Assembly: GCA_963843685.1 (NCBI GenBank)
Contig: CAWJLO010000010.1
Location: forward strand, 390,933 to 454,932
Source of the DNA: an uncultured Chloroflexia bacterium
GTDB taxonomy: Bacteria > Chloroflexota > Dehalococcoidia > DSTF01 > JACRBR01
Direction of reading: 5' to 3'
Length of the DNA stretch: 64,000 nt
Shown: positions 8,355 to 19,007 of the stretch, one piece after another
How positions within the stretch are numbered: position 1 is the stretch's first letter
How the letters are laid out: every line of letters starts with the position of its first letter
The notes under the pieces: generated by a model
Told to the model about the DNA's origin: nothing
The model's database searches: none
Seen by the model: the letters and a program-made list of their open reading frames with translations, nothing else
Program-made: the position numbers and the translations under genes

Positions 8355-11300
8355 ATGGATCTTTCGGCACTGCTGCCGGTCGTCGACGAGGCGGTGGGAC
8401 TCGACCGCCTTCGCAGCCGCATGTCCGAGTCCGGGCGGCTTGTGCTTGGCGTCAGCGACGGCGCGAAGGCGGCGGTGCTCGCGGCGCTGGCGCGCGACGC
8501 GGCAAGGCCGATCCTCGTCATCGTGCCGAAGCCGCAACACGCGGACGCGCTCGTCGAGGAGCTGCAGGCGTGGCTGGGCGCGGACGGCCAGCGGCGCGTG
8601 CTCCACTTCCCGGAGCGAGACGCGCTGCCGTACGAGCGGCTGGACCCCGACCCGGACGACGTACGGATGCGGCTGCAGTGCCTGATCGCGCTCGCGGCGG
8701 GGAGCGACGCGATCGTCATAGCCTGCGCGGCCGCGATCTCACAGCGGACGCTGTCGCCGGACGAACTGGCGCGGACGACGATCACGGTCGCTCGTGGCGA
8801 GGAGTCGCAGCAACGCGAACTCCTGCAGGCACTGGCGACGGGCGGCTACGCCTTCGAGCCGCAGGTGACGGAGCCGGGCGAGGCGAGCCGGCGGGGTGGC
8901 ATCATCGACGTCTGGCCACCGTCCGAGGAGCTGCCGCTGCGGATCGAGCTGTTCGGCGACGACGTTGAGAGCATCCGCTCGTTCGACCCGGCGTCGCAGC
9001 GTTCGTCGGGGATGCGGGAAACGGCGACGATCGGTCCGGCACGCGAGCTGATCCCGGACCACGCGCGCGCGCAGCAACTCGCCGGCAAGATGCAGATCGG
9101 CAGCCTCCGCGGCGAGCAGCGCGATCGCTTCGAGTCGGACCAGCATGCGCTGAAGGAGGGTCGCCAGTTCGACGGCGACGCGTTCTACACGCCGTTCCTG
9201 GCGCCGGCGACGCTGCTGGCGCACCTGCCGGCAGACGCACTCGTCGTCGTCGATGAGCCGGCGGACGTGGCGGCAGTGCAGAAGGAGCACGACGAGCAGG
9301 CGCGCGAGGCGCGGCGCGACCTCGAGCAGCGCGGCGAGCTGCCGCACGGCATGCCGGACCCACACGCCGGATGGGAAGAGCTCGACGAGGCTATCGAGGC
9401 CAGGCGGCCGCGGCTGAACCTGTCGCGCTGGGCCACGGGCGACGCGGAGTCGCCCGAAGCCGGGGCGGCGATGCGTCTCCCATTCGGGCCGGTCGCGGCG
9501 TACGGCGGCCGGCTGCGCACGCTGGCCGACGAACTGAGCCGCATCCTACGCGGTGGCCAGCAGGTGGTCGTCGTGTCCACGCAGTCGAAGCGGCTTGCGG
9601 AGCTGCTGGAGGAGCACGACGTATTCGCTCGCGTAGCGGAGACACTGGCAGCGCCCGAGCTGGGGCACGGCGGCCTGACGGTCGTACACGGCTCGCTGCC
9701 GCACGGCTGGGCGATCGGCGGCGAAGGCGCGGGACTGACGCTGCTCACAGACTCGGAGGTCTTCGGCTTCAGCAAGCAGCGACGCCCTCCACCCCGGCGC
9801 GGGGCGTCCCGAGAGGCGTTCCTGTCCGACCTGGCGCCGGGCGAGTTCGTCGTGCACGTGGAGCACGGGATCGCGAAGTTCGCCGGGCTGGTGCACAAGG
9901 GCATCGAGGGGCAGGAGCGCGAGTACCTGGAGCTGCAGTACGCGGACGGCGACCGGCTCTTCGTTCCGACCGAGCAGGTCGACCGCGTGAGCCGGTACGT
10001 CGGGCCGAGCGAGCACCGGCCGACGCTGACGCGGCTGGGCTCGCAGGAGTGGCCGCGGGCGAAGGCGCGAGTTCGACGCGCCGTGCAGGAGCTGGCGGGC
10101 GAGTTGCTGCAGCTCTACGCCAACCGGCAGGTCGCGGCCGGCACCCCCTTCCCGCCCGACACGGGCTGGCAGGCGGAACTGGAAGCGTCGTTCCCTTATG
10201 TCGAGACCGGCGATCAGCAGACGGCCATCCGGGACGTCAAGCGTGACATGGAGGACGCCCGGCCGATGGACCGCCTGGTGTGTGGCGACGTCGGCTACGG
10301 CAAGACGGAGGTCGCGGTGCGCGCGGCGTTCAAGGCCGTGCTGGGCGGCTCGCAGGTGGCGGTGCTCGTGCCGACGACGGTGCTCGCGCAGCAGCACTAC
10401 AACACCTTCAGGCAGCGTCTGGCGGGTTTTCCGGTGAAGGTGGAGATGCTCTCGCGTTTCCGGAGCGACCGCGACCAGCGCGGTGTGGTAAGCGACGCGG
10501 CGGCCGGCAAGGTCGACGTCGTCATCGGGACGCACCGACTGTTGCAGAAGGACGTCTCGTTCAAGAACCTGGGGCTGGTGATCATCGACGAGGAGCAGCG
10601 CTTCGGCGTGGCGCACAAGGAGCGGCTGAAGAAGATGCGTAGCGAGGTCGACGTCCTGACGCTCACGGCGACGCCGATCCCGCGCACGCTGAACATGGCG
10701 CTCACGGGCATCCGCGACATGTCGACGATCGAGACGCCGCCGGAGGAGCGGCTGCCGATCAAGACGTACGTGACGGAGTTCGACGACCACCTGGTGCGGG
10801 AGGCGATCACGCGCGAGCTTGAGCGCGGCGGGCAGGTGTACTTCGTGCACAACCGCGTGCACAACATCGAGCTGGTGGCGCGGCAGCTCCGCGACATCGT
10901 GCCGGAAGCGGAGATCCTCATCGGGCACGGGCAGATGCACGAAGACATGCTCGAGAAGGTGATGCTGGACTTCACGGACGGCAAGGCCGACGTCCTGGTG
11001 TGCACGACGATCATCGAGTCCGGGCTCGACATCCCGAACGTGAACACGATCATCATCAACAACGCCGACAAGTTCGGGCTGGCGCAGCTCTACCAGCTGC
11101 GGGGCCGCGTCGGGCGCGGGGCGGCGCGCGCGTACGCGTACCTGCTGTACGAGAAGCACCGCGCGCTCAGCGAGGTTGCGCAGCGACGCCTGCAGACGAT
11201 CTTCGAGGCGACGGAACTGGGCGCGGGATTCCAGATCGCACTGCGGGATCTGGAGATCCGCGGCGCGGGCAACCTCCTGGGCGCCGAGCAGAGCGGTCAG

Positions 11301-11874
11301 ATCGGCGCCGTCGGGTTCGATCTCTACGTGAAGCTGCTTGCGGACGCAGTGGAGGGGCTGAAGGCGCTGGCGAAGGGCGAACCGCCGCCGCCGTCGACGA
11401 TTCAGCCGCCGGTCGTGATCGACGTGCCCTTCTCGGCGTTCATCCCGGAGAGTTACATCGGCGACCTCAATCTCCGGCTGTCGTTGTACCAGCGGATGGC
11501 GGCAGCGACCGAACCGGACGCACACATCGACCTGGAGCGCGAGCTGAACGACCGTTTCGGCCCGCCGCCGGCACCGGTGAAGAACCTGCTATTCGTGGTG
11601 CGGCTGCGCGGGCTGGCAAAGCGCGCGGGCATCGCGTCGGTGCAGCGCGAGGACGGCGCTGGGCGGGCGGCCGATCCTGTCGCTGCGCACGGCGGACAGC
11701 CGCGACCTGCGCGCGCAGATCGGGCCGCGGGCGCAGCGCGATCTGGAGAAGAGGGGCGCGGTGACGCTCGGGCATACGCAGCTCCGCATCGACCTGGACG
11801 CAGCGGGGGAGGGCTGGCGGGATGTGCTGCTGGAGGCGCTGGAGGCTGCGGCGGGCGCCACGGTAGCGGGCTGA
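8355..11874 (+). CDS. mfd: Transcription-repair coupling factor Mfd (apparent +1 frameshift near 11655-11670; C-terminal 70 aa read in the other frame)
   Basis: MDLSALLPVVDEAVGLDRL... through the helicase motifs (GDVGYGKTEVA, DEEQRFGV, QLRGRVGR) in frame 0 up to ...GIASVQREDG. A protein-like tail (ALGGRPILSLRTADSRDLRAQIGPRAQRDLEKRGAVTLGHTQLRIDLDAAGEGWRDVLLEALEAAAGATVAG*) continues in frame +1 and ends at 11874, 3 nt before the convergent gene. The frame-0 continuation to 11933 is A/G/R-rich low-complexity. Confidence 0.8.
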
Positions 11875-11877
11875 CAA

Positions 11878-12351
11878 TCAGGATGGAGCTGTCGTGTTCA
11901 TCTCACCTCCACGTGCCGGCACCGGAGGAGTGACCCGAGACGCCGCGCCAGTGAGGTCGACGCGGAACTGCGGCCACGCATCGATCAGGTAGAGCGCAAA
12001 CGGGATCCACCAGATGAAGTCGTTCGTGACGCAGACGAGGAGCGTCGCCGACGGCCATGAGCCCCGAGCCACAAGCACGAACACACCGCTCGGGCCGAGG
12101 AGCTTGCCCAGCAGCCCTGCGGCGGCGAGCGGCCAGCCCCGCTCCGGCACGCGGGCGACCTCGAAGTAGACCAATCCGTACAGCCCGACGACCATGCCGA
12201 GTGCAGCGAAGACTTCGACGCGCTCGGCCGCCGAGTCGCCGGTGAGCCGATAGAACCAGCGCGGGTACACGGCCGACACGCACCCCCAGGCGAGGTTGTA
12301 GGCGCCTGCGGCAACGAAGACGGCTCGATGCAGCCGGCGGCGCGGAATCAT
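11878..12351 (-). CDS. Hypothetical membrane protein (157 aa)
   Basis: MIPRRRLHRAVFVAAGAYNLAWGCVSAVYPRWFYRL... has several TM helices. ATG at 12351 overlaps the upstream gene stop (ATGA). Confidence 0.5.
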   Translation of the reverse strand: MIPRRRLHRAVFVAAGAYNLAWGCVSAVYPRWFYRLTGDSAAERVEVFAALGMVVGLYGLVYFEVARVPERGWPLAAAGLLGKLLGPSGVFVLVARGSWPSATLLVCVTNDFIWWIPFALYLIDAWPQFRVDLTGAASRVTPPVPARGGEMNTTAPS

Positions 12352-12896
12352 CGTGGTGCGACCCGCCACGGCCAACCGCCGCGTGGCAGCCCCAGCAGCG
12401 CGTACAGGTCGCGGACGCCCGAGACGAGGATTCCCCCGGCCATGACAACCAGTAAGGCGAGAAGGGCGGCGTTGTCGGTTCGGGCTGTCGCAAACACCGT
12501 CGGCTCGCTCCACCAGTCGCGCAGCACCGGCACGAGATAGCCGAGCATGGCGCCGTACACGATGCCCATGAGCGCATGCGTCACCCGCTCGCCGGGGAAG
12601 ACGCCCCCGAGGGGCCGCCGCACCCACTCCTCGACGATGAAGTCGCCCATCGTGGCCACGATCTCCGTCAGCAGAAGCACCGCCAGGACGGCCACAAGCA
12701 GCCCATGCCACGCGAACAGCGGCAGCGTCACGAAGATGATCACGTAGACGAAGTCGCGCACGACGTGAAAGCGGAGCTCTGCCGTCGTCGTGGGGACGCG
12801 CGCGGGGAGCCGGCCGCGCCACTCGTGGAAGTAGAGCGTGTCGAACGCGCCCAGCAAGCCCTGCAGCGCCAGCAGCACGAGCACGATCGTCATCAC
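12348..12896 (-). CDS. Hypothetical membrane protein (182 aa)
   Basis: MMTIVLVLLALQGLLGAFDTLYFHEWRG... has 4-5 predicted TM helices. ATGA overlaps at both ends. Confidence 0.5.
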   Translation of the reverse strand: MMTIVLVLLALQGLLGAFDTLYFHEWRGRLPARVPTTTAELRFHVVRDFVYVIIFVTLPLFAWHGLLVAVLAVLLLTEIVATMGDFIVEEWVRRPLGGVFPGERVTHALMGIVYGAMLGYLVPVLRDWWSEPTVFATARTDNAALLALLVVMAGGILVSGVRDLYALLGLPRGGWPWRVAPR

Positions 12897-13480
12897 GACA
12901 CCTCCCGGATGGAACCTTCGTACGCAAGCAAGAGACCGACGAGCGGCAACGCGAGCGTAACAGAGACCCTGGCGCCGACGTCACCGCCGCACACCCACCC
13001 CGACGCGGTGGGCGCAAGCCATCGCGCGATCGGGAATGCCACCGGACCGAGCCGAAGCGCGAAGCCGGCCTGCGCCATCTGGAGCCCGCCGTTCGAGACT
13101 GAAACGCGAAAGCGGAACTCGCATGGACCAAAGCGCTCCGCCAGGAGGCCGTTACCCACACGCCGTTGCTCACTGCGCAGCGGACGTGCGTTGAACGAGC
13201 GGACCCACAGCTCCGTCGCCTCGTACCGCCGAATGACCAGATCGACATGCGTTGCAGCGCTCTCCGGTGGGAAACGCAGAAGCCGGGCGAGAACTCGCGC
13301 CACGGCGTTCGATCCCTGCCGCACCGCGAAAACGCCGCGGGCGCGGGTCTCGCCGCTGCCGCAGTGCATGCCACGAACGGCGAAATGGAGGGTCTCGAGC
13401 GAACCGCGAGCCACCGAGGCGTAGAGGCTGGACGAGTCGGCGACGGGTACGTGCGCGACCTCCCGTGAAGACGCAATCAT
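12893..13480 (-). CDS. Conserved hypothetical protein (possibly DUF4166-like)
   Basis: 195 aa, globular, third gene of the TetR-led operon. ATGA overlaps. The family assignment is from memory only. Confidence 0.45.
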   Translation of the reverse strand: MIASSREVAHVPVADSSSLYASVARGSLETLHFAVRGMHCGSGETRARGVFAVRQGSNAVARVLARLLRFPPESAATHVDLVIRRYEATELWVRSFNARPLRSEQRRVGNGLLAERFGPCEFRFRVSVSNGGLQMAQAGFALRLGPVAFPIARWLAPTASGWVCGGDVGARVSVTLALPLVGLLLAYEGSIREVS

Positions 13481-14103
13481 CGTGCACCTCCGAGCGGAGC
13501 GAGAAACGGTTCAGCGAGCGACAGCAGGCGTTCGGCGCTGGCGAACAGCGCGTTCGGCCGGCTTCGATCGCCCTCCAGGTTCGAGAGCAGCTCCGTCCCG
13601 AGGTAGAGCGCGGCCATCGCGTAGGCGACGTCACCCGCCGGAATCATCGCTGCGAACGGCGAGCCGGCCAGTACATGCTCGATGGTCTCACGAGTGAAGG
13701 CGATCCACGGCTCGACCCGGCGCGCCACCTCGTGCCCGAGATCAGGAGACGCAGCGCCGGCCCCGACCATCTCGGCGAGCACCTTCACGTGGCCGCTCGC
13801 AAAGTCCTCCTGGTAGAGCGACCGAACGACGCCAAGCACGTCAGGGAGCGAATGCGCCGGGTCAAGACGCGCTCGATAGCTCGCCATGCGTTCTTCGCTG
13901 CTCCTGTCCAGCGCAGTGAGGAGGAGATTTTCGATGTCGCCGAAGTGGTAGAAGATGAGCGCCTGGTTGAACTTGCCAGCCGCGGCGATGGTTCGCGCGC
14001 TCGCGCCTGCGTACCCGTCCGAACGAAGCACGCTCAGTGCGGCATCGACGATTCGGGCCCTCGTGATCTGGGAACGGCCTGAGATGGCCATCTGGTCCTC
14101 CAT
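13477..14103 (-). CDS. TetR/AcrR family transcriptional regulator
   Basis: N-terminal HTH: TRARIVDAALSVLRSDGYAGASARTIAAAGKFNQALIFYHFGDIENLLLTAL. Confidence 0.8.
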   Translation of the reverse strand: MEDQMAISGRSQITRARIVDAALSVLRSDGYAGASARTIAAAGKFNQALIFYHFGDIENLLLTALDRSSEERMASYRARLDPAHSLPDVLGVVRSLYQEDFASGHVKVLAEMVGAGAASPDLGHEVARRVEPWIAFTRETIEHVLAGSPFAAMIPAGDVAYAMAALYLGTELLSNLEGDRSRPNALFASAERLLSLAEPFLAPLGGAR

Positions 14104-14232
14104 ATTTTGAGCGATCGCTCAAATTCAGTATCGGACCGATCGTCCGTGCAGTCAACCCCTGCCCGTCAATTCGTTGCGATCAGGTGGGTACCATGAGACG
14201 CCGATACCTAGGAGGAGCAGTGAGGCCCCGCC

Positions 14233-15198
14233 ATGACGATGATCTTCCGCCGGCCTTCGACGGCCGCCAGTCCTTCGCACGCCGAGGGGGTGGTGCGGCA
14301 CGGGTTCGCATCGTTCTACCGGGCGCCGGTGGTCGAGGACATGGACGACTGGCGCGCGGACGTCGGCTTCGTCGGCGTGCCCTTTGACGGCGCCACGAAC
14401 GACCGGCCGGGCGCGCGCTTCGGCCCCGCCGCAATCCGCGACGCGTCGACGCGCTACGAGCCGGACGAGGAGTGGCGGGGCTGGATCGACGCCGAGCGCG
14501 GCGTGCGGATCCTCGACGGCGTCTCGATGGCGGACGTCGGCGACGTTGACGTCCGCACCGTCGACTTGCTGCAGAACTTTGAGATCATCACGGAGGCGGC
14601 GCGCCTGGTGCGACGCAATTGCCGGGTGCCTGTGTTCGTCGGCGGCGACCACGCGATCACGTTTCCGATCATGCGGGCGTTCGACGATGGGCCGCTGACG
14701 CTCGTGCAGTTCGACGCGCACCAGGATTACACGGACGAGAAGTTTGGCGTACGATATTCGCACGACAACCACATGCGGCGCTCGAGCGAGCTGCCGCACG
14801 TGCGCCAGATCGTGAACGTCGGGCTGCGCGGCGTGCTGGAGCGAGCGGAGCCGTGGGAGGCGGCGCAACGCGACGGCGTGATCGTCGTACCGGCGGAGCG
14901 GATGGTGCGGGAAGGCGTGCCCGCGGCGCTGGCGGGCGTGCCGGGCGGCGGGCGCGCGTACGTGACGATCGACATCGACGTGCTGGACCCGTCTGGCGCA
15001 CCGGGGACGGGCTACCCGGAGCCGGGCGGCATCAACTACTACCAGCTCAAGGAGGCGCTGCGCCTCGTCGCCTCACGGTACGACGTCGTCGGCTTCGACG
15101 TGACGGAGGTCGATCCGGTGTACGACGCAGCGGGCGTGACGTCGCGGATCGCGGCGAAGCTGATGCTGGACCTTCTCGGCGCGATCTTCGAGCGTTAG
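14233..15198 (+). CDS. Agmatinase/arginase (ureohydrolase) family protein
   Basis: GGDHAITFPI...DAHQD...IDIDVLDPSGAPGTGYPEPGG are binuclear-Mn ureohydrolase motifs. 321 aa. Confidence 0.85.
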   Translation: MTMIFRRPSTAASPSHAEGVVRHGFASFYRAPVVEDMDDWRADVGFVGVPFDGATNDRPGARFGPAAIRDASTRYEPDEEWRGWIDAERGVRILDGVSMADVGDVDVRTVDLLQNFEIITEAARLVRRNCRVPVFVGGDHAITFPIMRAFDDGPLTLVQFDAHQDYTDEKFGVRYSHDNHMRRSSELPHVRQIVNVGLRGVLERAEPWEAAQRDGVIVVPAERMVREGVPAALAGVPGGGRAYVTIDIDVLDPSGAPGTGYPEPGGINYYQLKEALRLVASRYDVVGFDVTEVDPVYDAAGVTSRIAAKLMLDLLGAIFER

Positions 15199-15208
15199 TC
15201 GAAGCTGG

Positions 15209-15598
15209 TCAGCGCGATAGCCAGCCCGGGTCGCTGACTTCGAGCTTGGCGTGGACCGTGTCGCGGACGTGGGCGATAGTCAACTCTCGGAAGCGGCCGG
15301 CGTCGGCGTCGCCTTCGCGAATGCGATCCGCCAGCTCGCGGTTGCGCTCGATGAGCTGCTGCCTCGTCGCGTGCAGCGTCGCGGGGCGCTCGGCGGGGCC
15401 GAGGAGGACGTCGAGGCCGCGCCATTCCGCATCGAGCTGGCGCTCTTCGTTCTGGAGCTCGCGCCGGACGGTGCGAATGACGTTGGCGGCGACGCGGGCG
15501 TTGTATTTTCGCGAGCCGTCGAGCGTGGGGACGAGCTGCTCGTCGAGGAGGATCTCGACGGCGCGGAGGAGTTCGTCAACGGTCGGTCGGTCCTGCAT
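15209..15598 (-). CDS. Small conserved protein, paralog of 20529..20912 (possibly DUF6285-like), downstream of APH-like kinase
   Basis: MQDRPTVDELLRAVEILLDEQL...EWRGLDVLLGP aligns with the 20529 protein (MQDRPTATELLDALTDFM...EWRGLDALLGP). 1-nt gap after the kinase stop. Confidence 0.55.
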   Translation of the reverse strand: MQDRPTVDELLRAVEILLDEQLVPTLDGSRKYNARVAANVIRTVRRELQNEERQLDAEWRGLDVLLGPAERPATLHATRQQLIERNRELADRIREGDADAGRFRELTIAHVRDTVHAKLEVSDPGWLSR

Positions 15599-15599
15599 G

Positions 15600-16649
15600 T
15601 CAGCCGTCCACTAATTCCAGCAGCTCCCACTCCGTTTCGGCAGTGCGGCGGCCGATCGCGGCGAGCTCCACACTGTTAGAGACACCGTCGATGTAGGTGC
15701 GGGCCTGGGTGAGGCAGATGATGCCCCAGCGAAGGTTCCCGTACACCTCCCAGAAACGCACGCGGCCGGCGTCGACCTTCGGTCCCCCGGCCGCCTCGTA
15801 GGCAGCGAAGAGCTCCTCGCGGTCGCCGATGCCGGCTACCGGTTTGGCGCCGCCGAAGCGCCAGGAGCGGACGCAGACCCACCCCATGTCCTCCATCGGA
15901 TCTCCGACGTGCGCCAGCTCCCAATCAAGGATCAGCCGCAGTCCTTCCGGGCCGAAGAGGACGTTCCCGATGCGAAAGTCTCCGTGGACGAGGGTACGAC
16001 GCTCGGCCGCGCCGTCCGCCTCGACGTAGGGCGAGCGGTTGAGGTAACGGAAGGCGAGCTCGAACGCCGGCGACGGCTGGAGCGCGATACCGCGGTAGAT
16101 CTGCTCGTAGCGGGCGAGCTCGTGCTTCGCGGGAGAGACGTCGGGCGGGGGCGCCGGAAGCGCGCCGGCGAGAGCGTGCTGTTCGAGCGGGACGGCGTGG
16201 ATCGCCGCGAGCGTGCGGCCGAGCTGCGCGGTGAGGGCGGTGCGCGCGGTGGCGTACTGCTCCTCGCGCTGGAGACGTCGGGGGAGTGTCTCGCCGTCGA
16301 GGCGGCGGACGATGAAGAACTCACCGCCCAGCGAGTCGTCGCCCATAAACAGCGGCTCCGGGGCCGGGACTCCTTCGTCGAACGCCGCACTCATGAGCTG
16401 GAATTCGACTGAGCGTGACATCTCCTTCGGCGCACCGCGCGTGTCACGTTGGAGGATCAGCGGCAAGGTTTCGGCGGGCTCACCCGCGCGGGCGACCGTG
16501 GCGTCGAGCGACCACGTCTCGCGTGAGGCGCCACCTGTGAGGCGCCGCAGGTCGGTGACGTCGACGCGATCTGCACCCGAGGCGCGCTGGAGAAACGCGA
16601 TCAGCTTCTCGCTGAAGTCGTTCACCTCACCCCCCGACCCCCACTCCAC
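15600..16649 (-). CDS. Phosphotransferase (APH/ChoK kinase-like) family protein
   Basis: LVHGDFRIGNVLF...ILDWELAHVGDPMEDMGWV is the APH catalytic/Brenner motif region. 349 aa. Confidence 0.8.
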   Translation of the reverse strand: MEWGSGGEVNDFSEKLIAFLQRASGADRVDVTDLRRLTGGASRETWSLDATVARAGEPAETLPLILQRDTRGAPKEMSRSVEFQLMSAAFDEGVPAPEPLFMGDDSLGGEFFIVRRLDGETLPRRLQREEQYATARTALTAQLGRTLAAIHAVPLEQHALAGALPAPPPDVSPAKHELARYEQIYRGIALQPSPAFELAFRYLNRSPYVEADGAAERRTLVHGDFRIGNVLFGPEGLRLILDWELAHVGDPMEDMGWVCVRSWRFGGAKPVAGIGDREELFAAYEAAGGPKVDAGRVRFWEVYGNLRWGIICLTQARTYIDGVSNSVELAAIGRRTAETEWELLELVDG

Positions 16650-16709
16650 GTCGCGGGGAGGGAGAGCTTGTACGGCGGAGCGGCTTGCTGGAGCAGCGAC
16701 TCACCCGCA

Positions 16710-17682
16710 CTATTCGACCTGGTCGAGGTACTCCGAGAGGCCGTAGCCGACGGCGTCGCCGCAACGGAACTCCGTCATCCCTTCGCCCACGTGCGTCGTC
16801 ATGCCTTCGCGGCGGTTGCGGAGCGGAATGAAGCCCATCACCTTGCCGCTGACATCGAGCTTCTCCCCGGTGTTGAGGGTGAGGTGGGCGACGAGGTCCT
16901 TGTGGAACAGTCCGTTGGCGTCGAAGTCCGTGTCGATGTCGACGCCGACAATCTGGTCCATTTTGCCGCCTCGGTAGACGACGCCGCCCTGCGTGCGATT
17001 GTCGCGGTCGCGGTAGACGGTCGAGACCATCATGCCAAAGTCGGGCGCGAAGTTGATGGTGAGCCACCGGTACGACCAGATGGCCTGCCAGTAGCGCGGA
17101 CCCCACGAATGGTCGCGAAGGCCGAGACCGTCGATGCTCATCACCCTGCCGTCGACTTCGACGGTGCCGTGCACCTTCATGTGCTGCTCGTAGTGCGCTT
17201 TCGCGAATTCTTTCTCGGGATCGACGACGCGGTGGTTGGCGCCCGTGCTGCCGTACGCGGGACCAGCGGCCTCGTGGACGAGATCGACGCTGCACCTTCT
17301 TGAACGGGTTGTTCTTGAAGGCGACGCGGGGGTCGGCCATCTGCTCAGGCTCCGTGAGATAGACGGCGGAGCCGTTGTACGTGGTGCGGAGCTCTTCGAG
17401 GCCACGGACCACCTCGAACTTCATGCCACCGGCGTCCATGGCGTCGTTGTTCGTGATCTCGGGGCGCTTGTACTGGAAGAGCACGCTACCGTCGGGCATG
17501 TAGAGCGTGAGGGTCATCTCGGCGTAGCCCTCGTTCGCGCGATTCCCGAGGCGGAGGAACCCGCCGGTGTTCTGGGCGCGGTCGAAGAAGTTGAAGTACA
17601 TGCTCTCGTTGAAGTTGGACTCCGGCCCGAGGGGATGCGTGTAGTCGTCCTGGGCCGTAATGTCGCCGTAGACCGCGACCAT
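16710..17682 (-). CDS. Conserved hypothetical protein, interrupted by apparent +1 frameshift near 17285-17300
   Basis: The N-terminal part (MVAVYGDITAQDDYTHPLGPESNFNESMYFNFFD...VAFKNNPFKK) lies in the frame of track ORF 16627..17793. It continues as DLVHEAAGPAYGSTGANHRVVDPEKEFAKAHY...DHSWGPRYW... in the frame of ORF 16710..17405. GGAGG lies upstream of the ATG at 17682. Confidence 0.5.
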
Positions 17683-17832
17683 TTGCGCCTCCGTGTCTGG
17701 CGGCGCCTCCGGGTGGCGCCGCGGATCGAGTGTAAGCCAGATGGCGGCCACGGGGAACCGAGGGTTGGGCGGTGAACGCACGACCGCTAGCATGCCCGGG
17801 AGCGGGCCTCTTCGGCAGCGGCAGGAGCATCG

Positions 17833-18840
17833 ATGGAGCGCTGGACGGCCGATCAGGCGAACGCGTGGTACGGGCCGCAGCCGTGGCTCGTCGGGTGCAA
17901 CTTCATCCCCAGCACGGCGATCAACCAGCTAGAGATGTGGCAGGCGGAGACGTTCGACGCCGCAACCATCGACCGCGAGCTGGGCTGGGCGGCAGGGTTG
18001 GGGTTCAACTCCGTGCGCGTCTTCCTACACGACTTGCTGTGGGACGCCGATCCAGACGGTTTCGCCGCGCGCATCGACGAGTTTCTCGGGATCGCGACGA
18101 AGCACGGCATCTCAACCCTGTTCGTGTTCTTCGACGACTGCTGGAATGACGGCGCGAAGCTCGGCCCGCAGCCGGCGCCGATCCCCGGGCGGCACAACTC
18201 CGGCTGGCTACAGTCGCCGGGGCACGGCGTCGTCGCCGACGGGTCCGCGCTGCCGCGGCTGGAAGCGTACGTGAAGGGCGTCGTGGGGCGATTCGGCGCG
18301 GACGGGCGCGTGCTGATGTGGGACATGTACAACGAGGTGACGAACGGAGTCGGGCTGCGACCCGATCAGGCGGAGGAGCGGGCGCGGCGGATTCCTGCGC
18401 ACCTCCGCTTGCTTGACCTGTCGTTCGAATGGGCGCGCGCCGCATCGCCGAGCCAGCCGTTGACGGCGGGAATGTACATGCCCGACCGCGAGATCAACAC
18501 ACGGCTGGCTTCGTTGTCCGACGTGATCACATTCCACAGCTACGAGGACGAGGCGCGGCTGGCCGAGCTGATCGGCCGCCTGCGCAAGCACGGGCGCCCG
18601 ATCGTCTGTACGGAGTACATGGCGCGGACGCGCGGCTGCACGTTCGCCGCGCAGTTGCCCGTGTTCAAGCGCGAGCGCGTCGGCTGTTACAACTGGGGAC
18701 TCGTCAACGGCAAGACGCAGACGCACATCGCCTGGACGGGCGGCAGCGAGCCGTGGTTCCACGACGTCTTTCGCCCCGACGGCACTCCGTATGACCCCGA
18801 GGAAATCCGCGTCATCCGGAGCATGACGGGCATCGCGTGA
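17833..18840 (+). CDS. Glycoside hydrolase, clan GH-A (beta/alpha)8 barrel (GH5-like)
   Basis: LMWDMYNEV (acid/base NE) and IVCTEYMAR (nucleophile TEY) signatures. 335 aa. Confidence 0.6.
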   Translation: MERWTADQANAWYGPQPWLVGCNFIPSTAINQLEMWQAETFDAATIDRELGWAAGLGFNSVRVFLHDLLWDADPDGFAARIDEFLGIATKHGISTLFVFFDDCWNDGAKLGPQPAPIPGRHNSGWLQSPGHGVVADGSALPRLEAYVKGVVGRFGADGRVLMWDMYNEVTNGVGLRPDQAEERARRIPAHLRLLDLSFEWARAASPSQPLTAGMYMPDREINTRLASLSDVITFHSYEDEARLAELIGRLRKHGRPIVCTEYMARTRGCTFAAQLPVFKRERVGCYNWGLVNGKTQTHIAWTGGSEPWFHDVFRPDGTPYDPEEIRVIRSMTGIA

Positions 18841-19007
18841 ACCGCGTCCGGCGGCCACCGTGTTGTCAAGAGGTATTGCGAGCGAGTCACACTCCAGCCC
18901 GGCTCCTCTGCTGAAGAGAATCAAAGTTTACCTTGTGATAGAATCCTCCATTCTCGAGGCCTGTCGAGGGGCAGCCCGGGAGGTAAGACAGCGGAAGGAA
19001 CAAGAGG

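Noticed and set aside
9546-11525. 659-aa ORF antisense to mfd. Similarly long antisense ORFs are 6521..7873, 5601..6899, 20306..22108, 36449..37807, 44526..45887, 45565..47514, 50326..51399, 51577..52602, 53311..55179, 57611..58873, 59314..60681 and 61004..63058.
   Set aside because: Each overlaps a gene with clear family signatures on the other strand. Their translations are Arg/Ala/Gly/Pro-rich low-complexity typical of stop-codon-poor alternative frames in a 70% GC genome.
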